Shown: positions 37,282-47,397, counted from the first letter of the stretch. The stretch: 64,000 nucleotides of DNA from Vulcanimicrobiota bacterium (GCA_050250895.1 JBFWNU010000001.1:2214210-2278209), one strand, 5' to 3'. Translations and numbers: made by a program. Notes: a model not told the origin generated them from the letters alone.

Positions 37282-38133
37282 TTCATCGCCCTCTCCATCG
37301 CTACGCTTCTGACCGGTGCGGCTCTGGCTGGACCTCTAGACAATCAGCGCGTGCTGCCCGAATCGGCGACCCCGGCGGCGGCCGTGCCCGCTCCCGTCAA
37401 GACCCGCTTCGAGCACCCCGGCTTCGCTCAGATCGCGGCCGGACAAAGCCTCACCTACGGGGCTAAGGGCGAAGTGGTGACCACCATCCAGCAGACCCTC
37501 ATCGACATGGGCTTCGGTGTCCCGGCCGGGGCTACCGGCTACTACGGCGAGCAGACCGTCAACGCCGTAGCCGCCTTTCAGGCCAGTCGTGGCCTGGCCG
37601 CCAGCGGAACCTTCGACGCCGCCACCTTGACCTCGCTCAAGAAGACGGCTCCCGCTCCCGGCTTGAAGATCTGGGAAGACGCCACCTCCGCCAGCCTGGG
37701 CGCCCCGGCACGGCCCACCTTCGGCACCAAAGCAGCCCGCGCTCTGGTCGACTTGAGCGAACACCGGATCACCTTCTATGGCCAGGACGGCAGTGTCGAG
37801 CGAGTCTTTCCGGTGGCTTCAGGCGCCTGGGGCACGCCTACCGACACGGGCGTGAAGGTGGTCATCGACCGGGTGGCCGACCCCAGTCCCATCGCCTGGG
37901 CTCTGTGGCCCGAGAGTCGGGGCGGAGCCTTTGGCACCCGACTGCTCGACCTGAGCTGGCACGATCCGAGCAGCGGCGCGACCTGGGGGTCGGGTGAAGA
38001 GATGCACGGCACCTACGTGCGCGATTCTATCGGAACCTACGCTTCCCACGGCTGTATTCGAATGCAGAACGAAGACATCGAGTGGGTCTATCAGCACCTT
38101 CAGGTGGGTGACCTCGTGGTCGTCCAGAACTAG
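37261..38133 (+). CDS. L,D-transpeptidase with two peptidoglycan-binding domains
   Basis: Signal peptide (MKQQFIALSIATLLTGAALA), two PG_binding_1-like repeats (GEVVTTIQQTLIDMGF; AVAAFQASRGLAASG) and a YkuD catalytic domain (SHGCIRMQNEDI). Confidence 0.7.
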   Translation: MVTMKQQFIALSIATLLTGAALAGPLDNQRVLPESATPAAAVPAPVKTRFEHPGFAQIAAGQSLTYGAKGEVVTTIQQTLIDMGFGVPAGATGYYGEQTVNAVAAFQASRGLAASGTFDAATLTSLKKTAPAPGLKIWEDATSASLGAPARPTFGTKAARALVDLSEHRITFYGQDGSVERVFPVASGAWGTPTDTGVKVVIDRVADPSPIAWALWPESRGGAFGTRLLDLSWHDPSSGATWGSGEEMHGTYVRDSIGTYASHGCIRMQNEDIEWVYQHLQVGDLVVVQN

Positions 38134-39125
38134 CTGATGAGGATTTCCTGGTCCCCGACGCGTAAGTGATCGGGGGCCAGTTCCATTGCTGGGGGCTGTT
38201 TGCCGCTACCCACCAGGTCTTGCTGCATGAGAGCCGCCTGCTCGGCCGCCGAAAGACCCTCCAGGCCGCGGATCGAGCCGGTCAGATGGTGGGCCAGCAC
38301 GAGACGCTGGCAGGCCTGCTCTAGTGACTCTTCGGGTTGCTGGGCTCGGTGTCCCCAAAGCGCCAGGTGGGGGGCCATGTCGGCTTTGAGCCCATAACTC
38401 TCCAGCAGGGTTGCGCAGTTGGTCAGGGCGTCGGATGGGGGTTCGAACTCGTCCGCGGGTCTTGATTCCAGGCTGGGGACCAGCTCCAACAAGCGAGTCG
38501 TCTCGGCCTCGGCCTGGCTCAGGTCAAGGGGTCGCGTCAGACCCAGTTGCTCGATCAGGGCTTGCTCTCGACCCGGGTCAAGATTTTGTTGGACCACCCA
38601 CAGAGCCGACCAGGCGGAGCCCAGCACCGGCAACAGCCGTTCGAACTGACCTAGCCGCTCGGGGTCGCGGTCGAGCAGTCGGGTTCGCACCAGAGTGGCG
38701 TCGTAGGCCCCCCGCAGCTGAGTCGCCAGGTTGGCGCTGTTCGGTCGCGGGGTCAAGTGTCGGAAGTAGCGCACCATGTCCTGAGCCGACCCGCCCAGCG
38801 TCAGGGGCAGGGTGCTCTGGCGAAAGAAGGCCTCGACTTCCAGTTGCCCAAATCGCTTGAAGGTCTGGGAAGTGGCCGGGCTGGCCAGATCCGAACTCAT
38901 CATTCCCATCATCTGGCCGAGCAGCCGGCTCCCCGGCTCTTCCGCCAACAGCCCCCAGGGCAGACCGTCTCTGAGTGTCTGGAAGGCCCTTTCGCGCTCG
39001 TTCTGGCTGGCCTGGCGCAAAGCCCATGAGTCGGGAGCGGTCACGAACTCGTCATGCGGGTCCAGGCTCGTGGGCGGGGTAGGCCGGGCCGGGGTGAGGG
39101 CGCGATGGATTGGACCTATCTGCAT
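38130..39125 (-). CDS. Hypothetical protein
   Basis: 331 aa of ordinary composition. No family recognised. Confidence 0.3.
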   Translation of the reverse strand: MQIGPIHRALTPARPTPPTSLDPHDEFVTAPDSWALRQASQNERERAFQTLRDGLPWGLLAEEPGSRLLGQMMGMMSSDLASPATSQTFKRFGQLEVEAFFRQSTLPLTLGGSAQDMVRYFRHLTPRPNSANLATQLRGAYDATLVRTRLLDRDPERLGQFERLLPVLGSAWSALWVVQQNLDPGREQALIEQLGLTRPLDLSQAEAETTRLLELVPSLESRPADEFEPPSDALTNCATLLESYGLKADMAPHLALWGHRAQQPEESLEQACQRLVLAHHLTGSIRGLEGLSAAEQAALMQQDLVGSGKQPPAMELAPDHLRVGDQEILIS

Positions 39126-39159
39126 TCTTCGAGGTTAGGTCAAGAAGCTGAAACTAGTC

Positions 39160-40356
39160 TTAACTCAGGGCGCCCAGGTCGGCCTGAGGGTGGGCCCGTA
39201 AGAAGTCGACCAGACGGGGCAGATAGCTGAACAGAGCGGGCACTTCCAGGTCTAGATCCCGGGCGGTCTGGTCGTTGGTGTAGTGGGTGGGATGGACGAA
39301 ATAGTCCAGCGAGGCTGCGGGAATCTGGGCAATGGCTTCCACCGGCCGAAAGCCTAGCAGCCATTTACTGAGGCGCAAGGCAACGGGCACCCGCCAGGCT
39401 CGGCGCCCGGTCAGGCGGGCGCATTCGGTGATGAGTTCGTCCCCCGTGACCGGGCGCGGGTCGCACAGTTGATAGACTTTTCCGAGCGAGTGTGGTTGGC
39501 CCCCCAAGCGGCCGATGGCCTGGACCACGAAGTCGCTCGGAACCAGGTTCACCCGGACCCGGGCCGGGTCGCCAACGGTGGGCACCAGGGCCAGCAGGGT
39601 CGGTTGCCTGAGCAGCAACTTGAGTAGATAGTAGGGACCGTCGTATTTCTGGGTGAAGCCGGTTCGGCTGTCCCCGACCACGATCGAGGGTCGATAGATG
39701 GTGGCCGGCAGGCCGGCCCGCATGGCCTTTTGCACCTCGACCTCGGCCAGGAATTTGCTTTCCTCGTAGTAGTTGTTGAAGGTCTGGCCCAGATCCAGGT
39801 CGGTTTCACGGAAGATGCCGCAGTAGCGACCGCTCACGTAGCAAGTGCTGACGTACTGAAAGCGCTCCAGGCTCGGACTCGAAGCGGCCAACTCCAGGGT
39901 GTTGCGTGTGCCCTGGAGATTGATCGCAAGGCCGAGTGGGCGAGGCACCGACAGGTCATAGATGGCGGCCAGATGATAGACTTCGACCACTCGGCTCAGC
40001 CATTCGGGCTGGCCCAGGCCGAGCCCGCTTTGAGTGATGTCGCCGCAGACCAGTTCCAGGTCTAATTCCAGCGACCTGGCCCGCTCTTGAGCCAGCCCCA
40101 AGAACTTGTCTTGAACCAGGCAGATAGCCCTCGCCCCGGGTCTGCGAGCCAGGACCAGCGGCAGCAGCTTGGAGCCAAGAAAGCCCGGGAAACCGGTAAA
40201 AAAGACGACTTCGCTCACGGCGGGCTCCAGGCGGGCAGCTCGCACAAGCCGCCTCCCAGAAAGAGATGATGCCACAGCTGAGTGCTGACCACTCCCACCA
40301 GGGCGACTTCCGCTCCCATATGCGGAAAGCGCTCCCTCCCCGAGAGCTTGACACAA
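39160..40356 (-). CDS. NAD-dependent epimerase/dehydratase (extended SDR, acyl-reductase-like) family protein
   Basis: Rossmann motif FFTGFPGFLGSKLL and an SDR YxxxK region. The true start is probably downstream of the track start, because the N-terminal 50 aa are low-complexity. Confidence 0.55.
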   Translation of the reverse strand: MCQALGEGALSAYGSGSRPGGSGQHSAVASSLSGRRLVRAARLEPAVSEVVFFTGFPGFLGSKLLPLVLARRPGARAICLVQDKFLGLAQERARSLELDLELVCGDITQSGLGLGQPEWLSRVVEVYHLAAIYDLSVPRPLGLAINLQGTRNTLELAASSPSLERFQYVSTCYVSGRYCGIFRETDLDLGQTFNNYYEESKFLAEVEVQKAMRAGLPATIYRPSIVVGDSRTGFTQKYDGPYYLLKLLLRQPTLLALVPTVGDPARVRVNLVPSDFVVQAIGRLGGQPHSLGKVYQLCDPRPVTGDELITECARLTGRRAWRVPVALRLSKWLLGFRPVEAIAQIPAASLDYFVHPTHYTNDQTARDLDLEVPALFSYLPRLVDFLRAHPQADLGALS

Positions 40357-42134
40357 CGCCGCACGCGGTCCGGGTCGAAAAAGCCGGTTCGCTGCAGCGA
40401 TTCAGGCGACAATAACTGGGTCACGTAATCGGGCATGGGGTCCAGGAACGTGCCGGCATAGCGAGCCCGAAAGATGCTCTTGGGCCGGCCGGAGATCGCC
40501 ACCGGCAGCAAACTCGCGGCAAAACAGCGCAGCAGATGCTTGTCGCGGCGCAGGTTGCGCAGCTTCCAGCGGGGATGGACCCGGCAGCACAGTTCGATGA
40601 CCCGATCGTCGAGGAAAGGGAAGCGAGTTTCTACCGAGTTGGCCATAGCGGGCCGGTCCCCTTTGTGGCTCATCAGAAGCCCAGGCAACATCACCTTATA
40701 GCCGAGATAGAGGGCCCGATTCAGCGGATCCCAGCGGGCCATGCCCTCGTAGTTGAGTTCCAGGTCGTCGACAGCCATGTGGCCCCCCAGGCTGTCGCGA
40801 AAGTCTCGAGCCATGACCATGTAGCCCGACAGGCTGCAGGCGGCGTACAGATCCGAGGCTCCGTGGAACCCGCCCATCAGGCGGTAGCGATGTTCGAAGA
40901 GCGACCATGGAAGCCGTCTGCGACTGGCCAGGCGAAAGGCGGCTCGGCGCAACCAGAGCCCCAGACCCAGGCGGTCCATAGGCTCGAGCATGCGCTGGGA
41001 CTTGTGCCAGGGATAGCCCGCCAGCGCTTCGTCGGCCCCCTCTCCGGTCAGAGCAACCTTATAGCCCTGCTGGTGGACGGCTGCGGCCAGGCGGTAGATG
41101 GCCGCCGACGAGGTGTCGATGACCGGAGACTCGCTGGCCACCACCAGCTCTGGATAGCTGCTTGCGATGGCGGCGTTGTCGCAGCGAATGGTGTGGGGCG
41201 TAGAGCCGATGACGCGAGCGGCCATCAGTGCTCGGTCGGTCTCGTCGAGGTCCGATTGAGCGATCTGAATGGTGAAGGTTGGAAGGCTTCGGCCCAGGAC
41301 CTGGCCGGCCAGGCAGGCGATCGTGGTGCTGTCCACTCCGCCCGAGAGATAGCTGACCACGGGGACGTCGGCTCGCAGGCGAATCCGGACGGCTTCGCGC
41401 AGCGTATCGGCAAAAGTCTCGACCAGACCCGGCGAATCCTCGCCCTGGCCCGCCTCGGGAAAATCCAGGTCCCAGTAACGACGTTCCCGCACTGGTCCGA
41501 CCCCGAGCTCGAGGTAATGACCCGGCAGCACGGCCGAGATGCCGGCAAACATCGTCCGCCGCGTGCCCATGGCGAAGAAACTGAAGACGTGGTCGAGGGC
41601 CTTCGGGTCGAGGCGGGCCTGGACCGCTCCCGAGGCCAGAATCGCCTTGATCTCGGAGCCAAAGAAGAGCCGGCCGTCACGGACCGCCCAGTAGAGTGGA
41701 CAGATCCCCATCTTGTCGCGGGCCAGCACCACCCGTCGCTGGGCGAGATCGGCCAGAGCGAAGGCGAACTGGCCTCGCAGCTCGGTCAGCATGGCCGGGC
41801 CTTTCTCTTCCCAGAGGTGAACCAGGAGTTCGGTGTCGGTGTCGGTAGAGAAGCGGTGACCGCGAGCCTCGAGTTCGCGTCGCCGCTCTGGATAGTCGAA
41901 CAGTTCGCCGTTATAGACGACCACCACGGATCGGTCCTCGTTGAAGATTGGCTGCCGTCCGTTTTCGATTCCGACAATAGACAGACGACACGAGGCCAGG
42001 CCCAGACCAGGGCCGGCATAGTAGCCGTCCTGATCAGGACCGCGGTGAAGGATGGCCCGGACCATCCGAGCGAGCAGAGCCTGGTCGACGGGTCGGGGCT
42101 CGTCGAGATCGATGATACCGGCGATGCCGCACAC
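40215..42134 (-). CDS. asnB: Asparagine synthase (glutamine-hydrolysing) family amidotransferase
   Basis: CGIAGI at the N-terminus requires Cys as residue 2, so the start is the GTG at 42134 and not the upstream ATG of the 786-aa track ORF. The glutaminase domain (YNGELFDYPERRRELEARGHRFSTDTDTE) and synthetase PP-loop (SGGVDST) are present. Confidence 0.75.
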   Translation of the reverse strand: MCGIAGIIDLDEPRPVDQALLARMVRAILHRGPDQDGYYAGPGLGLASCRLSIVGIENGRQPIFNEDRSVVVVYNGELFDYPERRRELEARGHRFSTDTDTELLVHLWEEKGPAMLTELRGQFAFALADLAQRRVVLARDKMGICPLYWAVRDGRLFFGSEIKAILASGAVQARLDPKALDHVFSFFAMGTRRTMFAGISAVLPGHYLELGVGPVRERRYWDLDFPEAGQGEDSPGLVETFADTLREAVRIRLRADVPVVSYLSGGVDSTTIACLAGQVLGRSLPTFTIQIAQSDLDETDRALMAARVIGSTPHTIRCDNAAIASSYPELVVASESPVIDTSSAAIYRLAAAVHQQGYKVALTGEGADEALAGYPWHKSQRMLEPMDRLGLGLWLRRAAFRLASRRRLPWSLFEHRYRLMGGFHGASDLYAACSLSGYMVMARDFRDSLGGHMAVDDLELNYEGMARWDPLNRALYLGYKVMLPGLLMSHKGDRPAMANSVETRFPFLDDRVIELCCRVHPRWKLRNLRRDKHLLRCFAASLLPVAISGRPKSIFRARYAGTFLDPMPDYVTQLLSPESLQRTGFFDPDRVRRCVKLSGRERFPHMGAEVALVGVVSTQLWHHLFLGGGLCELPAWSPP

Positions 42135-42136
42135 GG

Positions 42137-42598
42137 TTAGCCGACCACCCGATCGGCCAGGGCCAGCAGGTGCCCGTCGGGATCCTGGAGGTAGGCCACC
42201 TGGGCCCCCCAGTCCCGCCAGCCGAGCGGATTGACGACCGTGGCTCCGGCTTCGACCGCCCGCGCCACCATCTGGGCGGTCTCGGGGACCACCAGGTAGA
42301 GTTCGCTGCCGCCCTTTCCGGTCGGCAACTGCAGGCGTCGCGCCGAACGGGTCGGCATCAGGCCGAGGACGGCTCCGTCGAGAAGGACGAATTCGGTCAT
42401 GCCGGGCACGTCCAAACGTGGCTTGCGAGCCAGCACGACCTGGTAGAAGTCGCGGCTGCGTGCCTGATCTTCTACGAATAGGATGAGGTGGGCTGCCTGC
42501 ACCGAGCGAGCTTCGGGCGGGGTTGGCCCGCCTCCTATCGGGATTCCCAAGCTGTGGAAAGACATACATTGGCAATCTCCGGCTGGATAGAAATTCAA
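42137..42598 (-). CDS. VOC-family (glyoxalase/bleomycin-resistance-like) protein
   Basis: HLILFVEDQARSRDFYQ ... GGSELYLVV ... LQDPDGHLLAL is the paired beta-alpha-beta-beta-beta pattern of VOC proteins. The start is probably an internal Met. Confidence 0.45.
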   Translation of the reverse strand: MNFYPAGDCQCMSFHSLGIPIGGGPTPPEARSVQAAHLILFVEDQARSRDFYQVVLARKPRLDVPGMTEFVLLDGAVLGLMPTRSARRLQLPTGKGGSELYLVVPETAQMVARAVEAGATVVNPLGWRDWGAQVAYLQDPDGHLLALADRVVG

Positions 42599-42767
42599 GC
42601 TCGCAAAACCTTACTGGAGCGAATCTGGGCGGCCCGGGCCAAGCATGCCGATCATGGACTGCAGTTCACATGTTTGGAACATGTAGGCTTCTCCTGGATC
42701 ATATATTCCTTCCACGAGGCGCCCGTCCGGGGGGGCAAGCGCCCAAACTAAAAGGGGTTTTAGTTCC

Positions 42768-45050
42768 ATGATCAATTCTGTTCACAACCTGTCCTCGACC
42801 ACCGCCCAGACGATTCGTCACGGCGCGTCGTGTCACTGCGCCGCCTGCGGCTGCAAACAGTCCAAAGAAGCCGGCAGCGCTGCTCCGGCCGACCAGGTGA
42901 CGCTATCGGGCAAACCCGAAGCTCCCAAAGGTCCCAAGCTTGACCAGGCCGAGCCCGGCAAGCCTGAATACAAATCCGGCGAAGTCCTGGTGAAATTCAA
43001 ACCCGGCACCAGCCTCGACAGCGTCGAGTCGATGGCCGACAAGAACGGCCTGTCGGTGATTCGCCACTTCAATGTTCCTTCGAACATGGTCGAGTCCTTC
43101 GGCGGCGAACTGTATCAGTTCGGCATCAAGAACGGCCAGACCGTAGAAGAGATGGTGGCCAATCTTTCGGGTCGCCCCAACATCGCCTACGCCGAGCCCA
43201 ACTACCTCATTCAGGTAGAGGACGGCCAGCAGCCGCCGCCGGCCAGCGGCGAGCCCAACGACTTGCACCCCAAGCTCTGGGGCCTGAAAAACACCGGTCA
43301 GGACGGCGGCACCGCCGGCGTAGATGTCAACGCCACCGGCGCCTGGGCCACCACCACCGGCGGCACCAAAGAGACTGCCCCCCTGATCGCCATCATCGAC
43401 ACCGGTGTCGACTATAACCACCCGGACCTGGCCGCCAACATGTGGACCAATCCCGGCGAGATCGCCGGTGACGGCATCGACAACGACGGCAACGGCTATA
43501 TCGACGATGTGCACGGCGCCAACATGATCACCAACGGCGGTGATCCGATGGACGACAACCGTCACGGCTCCCACTGCGCCGGCACCATCGGCGGCGTGGG
43601 CAACAATGGCCAGGGCGTGGTCGGTGTCAACTGGACCGCCAACATGGCCGGCGTGAAATTCCTGTCCGGCAGCGGCGGCGGCACCTATGCCGACGCTATC
43701 GAGGCCGTGCTCTACTCGGGCACCATCGGCGCCCGCGTCACCTCCAACTCCTGGGGCGGCACCGGTTCGTCGGACGCTCTCAAGGACGCTTTCGCGGCCA
43801 ACCCGGCCATTCACATCGCGGCCGCCGGTAACTCGGGTGTCGACGCCGACCGTCGTCCCCACTTTCCCTCCGGCTTCGATCTCCCCAACATCGTGTCGGT
43901 AGCCGCCCACGACCGCAACGACCACCTGGCCAGCTTCTCCAACTGGGGAGCCAACTCGGTCGACGTTGCCGCCCCCGGCGTAGACATTTACTCGACTGTT
44001 CCTGGTGGCGGCTACGCTTCGCTGTCAGGCACCTCGATGGCCACTCCCCACGTCTCTGGCGTGGTGGGCCTGATGCTGGCCAACGACCCCGAGTTGACCA
44101 ACGAGCAGATCAAAGCCCGTCTGATCGGCACTACCATCAAGTCCTCGGCCTACGAAGGCAAGATGGTCGGCAACGGCCGCGTCAGCGCGCTCAACGTGCT
44201 CGAGACCGACAGCACTCCGCCGGCCACCCCGGCCGACTTCCACATCTCCGACCTCGGCGCCACGGGCATCACCGTCGGCTGGACCGCTACCGGTGACGAC
44301 GGCTATGAAGGCCAGGCTTCCAGCTATCAGCTGCGCGTGTCCGACCAGCCCATCAACGCCGACAACTTCGCCGATGCCAAAGCTGTATCCGGCACCCCGT
44401 TGCCGTCCGCGGCCGGTGATGCCGAAGAGGTTCGGGTGGGCGTCAGCCCCAGCGAAGACGGCAAAGTCCAGTACTTCGGCCTGAAGATCCTCGACAATAT
44501 GGGCAACGCCTCGGGTCTCGTGACCGGCGCCGCCAAGGCCAAGAACGCCGCGGTCGCCTTCAGCGACGACATGGAAGTCGACGGCAACAACTGGACCGTG
44601 GACGGAACCTGGGCTAAAGTCGATGTCGAAGGTATGGGCAAGGTCTACACCGACTCGCCCGAAGGCGCCTACGCCGCCGACGCCAACACCAGCCTGACCT
44701 CACGCAGCTTCGACCTGTCCACGGTGGCCAACCCCACCCTGCAGTTCAAGATGAAGCACGACACCGAGGCCGGATTCGACCGCGTCCACCTCGAGATCAC
44801 CACCGACGGCGAGAACTGGAGTGAACTCCAGAAGTTCGAGGGCCTGTCGGATTGGGCCGAGCACTCCGTAGACCTGTCGGCTTTCGAGAACCAGAGCGTT
44901 CAGGTGCGCTTCCGCCTCACCTCCGACCGCTCGGTCCAGAAAGACGGCGTCTACATCGACGATGTAAAGGTGGCCGGCGACCACAAGGTCAGCTGCCCGG
45001 CCCCTCCTCCCTGCCCGCCCCCCCAGAACCCGGGCCAGGGTGACCAGTAA
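42768..45050 (+). CDS. Subtilisin-like serine protease (S8) with C-terminal beta-rich domains
   Basis: Catalytic triad contexts DTGVDYNHPDL (Asp), HGSHCAGTIGG (His) and GTSMATPHVSGV (Ser), followed by ~330 aa of FN3/CBM-like sequence and a Pro/Cys-rich tail. Confidence 0.8.
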   Translation: MINSVHNLSSTTAQTIRHGASCHCAACGCKQSKEAGSAAPADQVTLSGKPEAPKGPKLDQAEPGKPEYKSGEVLVKFKPGTSLDSVESMADKNGLSVIRHFNVPSNMVESFGGELYQFGIKNGQTVEEMVANLSGRPNIAYAEPNYLIQVEDGQQPPPASGEPNDLHPKLWGLKNTGQDGGTAGVDVNATGAWATTTGGTKETAPLIAIIDTGVDYNHPDLAANMWTNPGEIAGDGIDNDGNGYIDDVHGANMITNGGDPMDDNRHGSHCAGTIGGVGNNGQGVVGVNWTANMAGVKFLSGSGGGTYADAIEAVLYSGTIGARVTSNSWGGTGSSDALKDAFAANPAIHIAAAGNSGVDADRRPHFPSGFDLPNIVSVAAHDRNDHLASFSNWGANSVDVAAPGVDIYSTVPGGGYASLSGTSMATPHVSGVVGLMLANDPELTNEQIKARLIGTTIKSSAYEGKMVGNGRVSALNVLETDSTPPATPADFHISDLGATGITVGWTATGDDGYEGQASSYQLRVSDQPINADNFADAKAVSGTPLPSAAGDAEEVRVGVSPSEDGKVQYFGLKILDNMGNASGLVTGAAKAKNAAVAFSDDMEVDGNNWTVDGTWAKVDVEGMGKVYTDSPEGAYAADANTSLTSRSFDLSTVANPTLQFKMKHDTEAGFDRVHLEITTDGENWSELQKFEGLSDWAEHSVDLSAFENQSVQVRFRLTSDRSVQKDGVYIDDVKVAGDHKVSCPAPPPCPPPQNPGQGDQ

Positions 45051-45076
45051 AGTTCAGGTGTGAACACTAAACCCCT

Positions 45077-45104
45077 CGGGGGCCCCAACAGGGGCCCCTT
45101 TTTT
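45077..45104 (+). terminator. Rho-independent terminator
   Basis: GGGGGCCCC-aaca-GGGGCCCC followed by TTTTTTT. Confidence 0.8.
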
Positions 45105-45155
45105 TGTTCACGAAGGGCATACGGATGAGCAGCCACACCTGGCCTCGAGGCAGGC

Positions 45156-45740
45156 TTGGATAATCGCCGCAAGCTGGTCCTGACCTTTCTGGTGGTCCAT
45201 CTGACGGCCATTGTCTATCAGGCTCTGCCGGCGGGGCATCTCTACCCCCCGGGGCCACCTCTGGCCTCGGGGTTCACCTGGTTGCAGCGCTTCGAGTCGG
45301 CCAGCATCCGCCTGAAGGCAAGCACCCAATCGGTGGCGACCCCGCTCCGGTTTTACGCCCGATGGGCCGGGGTTCAGCAGGGCTGGAACACCTTTGCCCC
45401 GGTTCCTCCCATCGTCACCCACAAGGTGAGCGTGGTGGCCGTGACCGAGTCCGGTCGCGACGTCCCGCTGTGGGACGACGGCGTCGACCTGGGTAGCTCG
45501 GCGGGATTGATCTATGATCCCCAGGTCAAACTGGTCGATGTGCTGACGCCACCCCACGAGCAGCCTCTGGCCACCACCTTCCTGCTCTACTTCGCTCGAC
45601 GCTATGAGCAGGCGGGGCTGGGACGCCCTCGGAGTCTGGATTTGCGCGAGGTCCTCATCGACTTGCCCGGTCCCGGGCAGGGCCGCCCCGAGGCGGCTCG
45701 ACGGGTCCAGCGACTGGCCCATCAATTGCAGGCCCAATGA
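45156..45740 (+). CDS. Hypothetical protein (membrane-anchored?)
   Basis: 194 aa with an N-terminal hydrophobic segment. It overlaps the HTTM gene start by 4 nt (ATGA). Confidence 0.35.
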   Translation: MDNRRKLVLTFLVVHLTAIVYQALPAGHLYPPGPPLASGFTWLQRFESASIRLKASTQSVATPLRFYARWAGVQQGWNTFAPVPPIVTHKVSVVAVTESGRDVPLWDDGVDLGSSAGLIYDPQVKLVDVLTPPHEQPLATTFLLYFARRYEQAGLGRPRSLDLREVLIDLPGPGQGRPEAARRVQRLAHQLQAQ

Positions 45741-46624
45741 AAAGGCTCGAGAGCTGGCTGTTTTCCCCCGAGTCCGCCTACCCTTATGCGGTGATCCGCA
45801 TCGGCGTCGGCCTGGTCGCTTTCCTCCATCTGCTCTTCTATGCACCCTACGTGGTCTTCTTCTTCTCGGACGAAGGGTTCTTGCCAAGCCGCCAGCTCCC
45901 CGTGCTGGTTCCCGAGGGTTGGCCGCTGTATTTCTTCTGGTTGGCCCGTTCCGCCGCGGCCGTCTGGTGTGTTTACGGCTTGACTCTGGCGGCTTCGCTG
46001 GCCTACGCGGCCGGTTTCAAAACCCGTCTGACCGGCCCGTTGCTGTGGCTGTTGTTGCTCTCCTTCATCCATCGCAACGTCTTCGTCATCGACGGCATCT
46101 GGAATCTGCTGGTGGCGATTCTCACCCCTTTGATGTTGGTAGACTCGGGCGGGGTTCTCTCGTGGGACGCGCGGGGGCGCAAGCAAGCCGCAACCATCGA
46201 CTCGTGGGTCGGGGTGGTGCTGCGCTTCCAGCTGGGCGTGACCTACGTCAAAAGCGGGTTCTACAAGCTGATGGGCAGTTACTGGGTCAAGGGAACCTCG
46301 CTCTACTACGTGCTCGAAAACCCCCAGTGGCGTCGATTCGACTACGGCTTTTGGCTCGACCAGGGGTGGGTGGTGGCCATCCTGGCCGTGGTCACGGTGG
46401 TCACGGTGTGGTGGGAGTTGTTTTTTCCCCTGTTGGTGGCCATTCGTCCCTGGCGCTACTATGTGTTAGGGTTTGGGGTCTTTCTCCACGGTAGCCAGTT
46501 CATCACCATCGACACCAGTGTCTTCTCGCTGTTGCTGATGACGCTCTACGTGGCCTTCTTGCCACCTGAGAGGGTCAAAGAGGCTGCACGTAAACTCGCG
46601 TCCCGAACTCGTAGCGCTGATTGA
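45737..46624 (+). CDS. HTTM-domain (vitamin-K-dependent gamma-carboxylase-like) integral membrane protein
   Basis: The N-terminus W..P.SAYPYAVIRIGVGLVAFLHLL... is the HTTM signature, followed by ~8 TM helices. Confidence 0.65.
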   Translation: MKRLESWLFSPESAYPYAVIRIGVGLVAFLHLLFYAPYVVFFFSDEGFLPSRQLPVLVPEGWPLYFFWLARSAAAVWCVYGLTLAASLAYAAGFKTRLTGPLLWLLLLSFIHRNVFVIDGIWNLLVAILTPLMLVDSGGVLSWDARGRKQAATIDSWVGVVLRFQLGVTYVKSGFYKLMGSYWVKGTSLYYVLENPQWRRFDYGFWLDQGWVVAILAVVTVVTVWWELFFPLLVAIRPWRYYVLGFGVFLHGSQFITIDTSVFSLLLMTLYVAFLPPERVKEAARKLASRTRSAD

Positions 46625-47210
46625 ACTCGTTGATGGGCATCTCGATCTTGCTCTGCTGGGTGGGGTAGGGGTCCCGCAGGATGACGCGATAGATGACCGG
46701 CTGTTGGAATTCGTTGATGTGAACGTAAGCCGCAGTCAACACGTAGGCATGCCCCGAGGCCGCGCCTCGCGGGCCCCTCAGTCCGACGATCAGGGGATAG
46801 CATTGCTGCAGGTCAGAGACGACAGTGGCCGTGTCCATATTGTAGGGGTCGGCATAGATGGCCGAGTGGCGTCCGGAAGGGTCGGCGACCCAGCCGCGCA
46901 GCGCCGCCAGGATCTCTCCGCCCGAGGCCGGTCGGTCGATGGCGGCGCCAAAGACTCGGGTCACGATCTGCTGCTGGTCGACGTGCAGTCCGTGGTAGTT
47001 GAGCACCATTTGGATACAGGCGGCCCAGCACCAGTTTCGCATTCGTTGGCGGCCGCGGCCTTCGGGGGCGGCGAAATGAACGAATTCTTCGCTCGGGACG
47101 CCGACAATATACTCGTTGGGACCGATCTGGCCGATGTCGGCGATGGCCGGAAATGCAGCCAGCCCGACCAGAAGGATTGCTAGCAACCAGCGAGAGAGGT
47201 AGCGATTCAA
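46575..47210 (-). CDS. Secreted papain-like cysteine peptidase-like protein (C39-like)
   Basis: Signal peptide, then a NWCWAACIQMVL putative catalytic-Cys motif and a downstream His (SGHAYVL). Confidence 0.35.
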   Translation of the reverse strand: MNRYLSRWLLAILLVGLAAFPAIADIGQIGPNEYIVGVPSEEFVHFAAPEGRGRQRMRNWCWAACIQMVLNYHGLHVDQQQIVTRVFGAAIDRPASGGEILAALRGWVADPSGRHSAIYADPYNMDTATVVSDLQQCYPLIVGLRGPRGAASGHAYVLTAAYVHINEFQQPVIYRVILRDPYPTQQSKIEMPINEFNQRYEFGTRVYVQPL

Positions 47211-47397
47211 GGGACTTCAGCCTCCAGGCTATTATGATAGCGCGTTCGGAGCGACCTGTAAACGGCCGCGGACTAGAGGTTGAACCTGGCCGCCGAAGGG
47301 TTGTTTCTGCTTTCCGCCTTTACCAGGACAGCCGATCCTCATTGGAGAATGTCATCCGATGAATCAGCTTCAAACCACGAATCGACCGGGGTGAGGG

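Noticed and set aside
40536-42140. 534-aa plus-strand ORF antisense to asnB
   Set aside because: Low-complexity R/G/A-rich translation. The opposite strand encodes an unmistakable asparagine synthetase.
42903-43925. 340-aa minus-strand ORF inside the subtilase gene
   Set aside because: Gly/Val/Ala-rich antisense reading of the subtilase catalytic domain.
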